NCBI RefSeq assembly: GCF_020745735.1
Contig: NW_026868127.1
Span: 1-64,000 of the forward strand
DNA: 64,000 nt
Origin: Hemiscyllium ocellatum
Lineage: Eukaryota
Direction: 5' to 3'
Shown: positions 63,150 through 64,000 of the stretch, piece by piece
How positions within the stretch are numbered: the first letter of the stretch is position 1
Layout: each line of letters begins with the position of its first letter
Translations under genes and position numbers: made by a program
Notes under the pieces: model-generated
Database searches by the model: none
Seen by the model: the letters and a program-made list of their open reading frames with translations, nothing else
Told to the model about the DNA's origin: nothing

Positions 63150-64000
63150 CCATTAATGACCACCTGGACCATCTCTGACACCTCCCTCCCCTTCCTGGAC
63201 CACTCCATCTCCATTAATGATGACCCACTTGACACTGACATTTTTTACAAATCTACCGACACCGAGGGTTCCACCTCTTCCCAACCTACCTCCTGCAAAA
63301 ATGCCATCCCGTATTCCCAATTCCTCCGCCTCCACCATATTTGCTCCCAGGAGGACCAGTTTCACCACAGAACCACACCACCACACCAGATGGCATCCTT
63401 CTTTAGTGACCACAATTTCCCTTCCCACGTGGTCAAAGATGCGCTCCAACGCATCTCGTCCACATCCGACCCCTCGGCCCTCAAGCCCCACCCCTCCAAC
63501 TGTAACAAGGACAGAATCACCCTGGTGCTCACCTTCCACCCTACCAACCTTTGCATAAACCACATCATTCGACGACATTTCCGCCACCTCCAAACGGACT
63601 CCACCACCAGGGATATATTTCCCTCCCCACCCATTCCTGCTTTCCTCAAAGACCGTTTCCTCCATGACTACCTGGTCAGGTCCACGTCCCCCAACAACCC
63701 ACCCTCCCTTCCTGACACCCTCCCCTGCCACCGCAGGAATTGCAAAACCTCTGCCCACACCTCCTCCCTCACCTCCATCTAAGGCCCCAAAAGAGCCTTC
63801 CACACCCATCAAATTTTTATCAGCACATCCATCAATATCATTTATTGTATCCGTTGCACCCGAGGCAGTCTCCTCCATATTGGGGAGACTGGACACCTCC
63901 TTGCAGAGCGCTTTAGGGAACATCTCTGGGACAAGCACACCAATCAACCCCACTGCCCTGTGGCCCAAGATTTCACCTCCCCCTCCCACTCTGCCGAGGA
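63150..64000 (+). mobile_element. Penelope-like retroelement (RT C-terminus and GIY-YIG), runs off the window end
   Basis: ORF 63156-63782 LPFLD...DIFYKST...KNAIPYSQFLRLHHICS...LVLTFHP; downstream IIYCIRC...HIGETG...ERFREHL. Confidence 0.88.

Noticed and set aside
63153-63989. Longest ORF in the window (278 aa, minus)
   Set aside because: Antisense shadow of the C-rich Penelope element; no domain signature.

Overview
Cartilaginous-fish genomic DNA (probably a carpet or bamboo shark, inferred from an NS4/type III-like light chain and HE1-type SINE / HER1-CR1 LINE content). The window holds two complete, unrearranged, apparently intact kappa-type immunoglobulin light-chain miniloci (leader-V-12RSS / 23RSS-J / C) arranged head-to-head. 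Cluster 1 is on the minus strand (leader 24597-24645, V 24112-24410, J 23602-23636, C 13082-13410). Cluster 2 is on the plus strand (leader 52652-52700, V 52887-53183, J 53688-53722, C 62076-62404). They form the arms of an old inverted duplication (about 12.5-30.6 kb versus 46.8-63.0 kb) around a ~16 kb spacer made almost entirely of LINEs. The arms are a mosaic: shared neutral TE sequence looks only ~70-80% identical by eye, while exons, the leader intron and several non-coding islands are 96-100% identical. Those islands include a perfect PU.1/IRF (EICE) plus E-box module ~5.2 kb upstream of each leader, a J-proximal intronic block and a CR1-ORF1-derived intronic block. V divergence is concentrated in CDRs as multi-nucleotide changes. 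The RSS geometry would allow inter-cluster V-J joining by a ~29.6 kb inversion that keeps a second rearrangement available (inference). The remainder is CR1-type LINE, Penelope-like, SINE, LTR-like and simple-repeat sequence, plus a possible decayed V exon downstream of C1. Identities are hand counts and TE boundaries are approximate.
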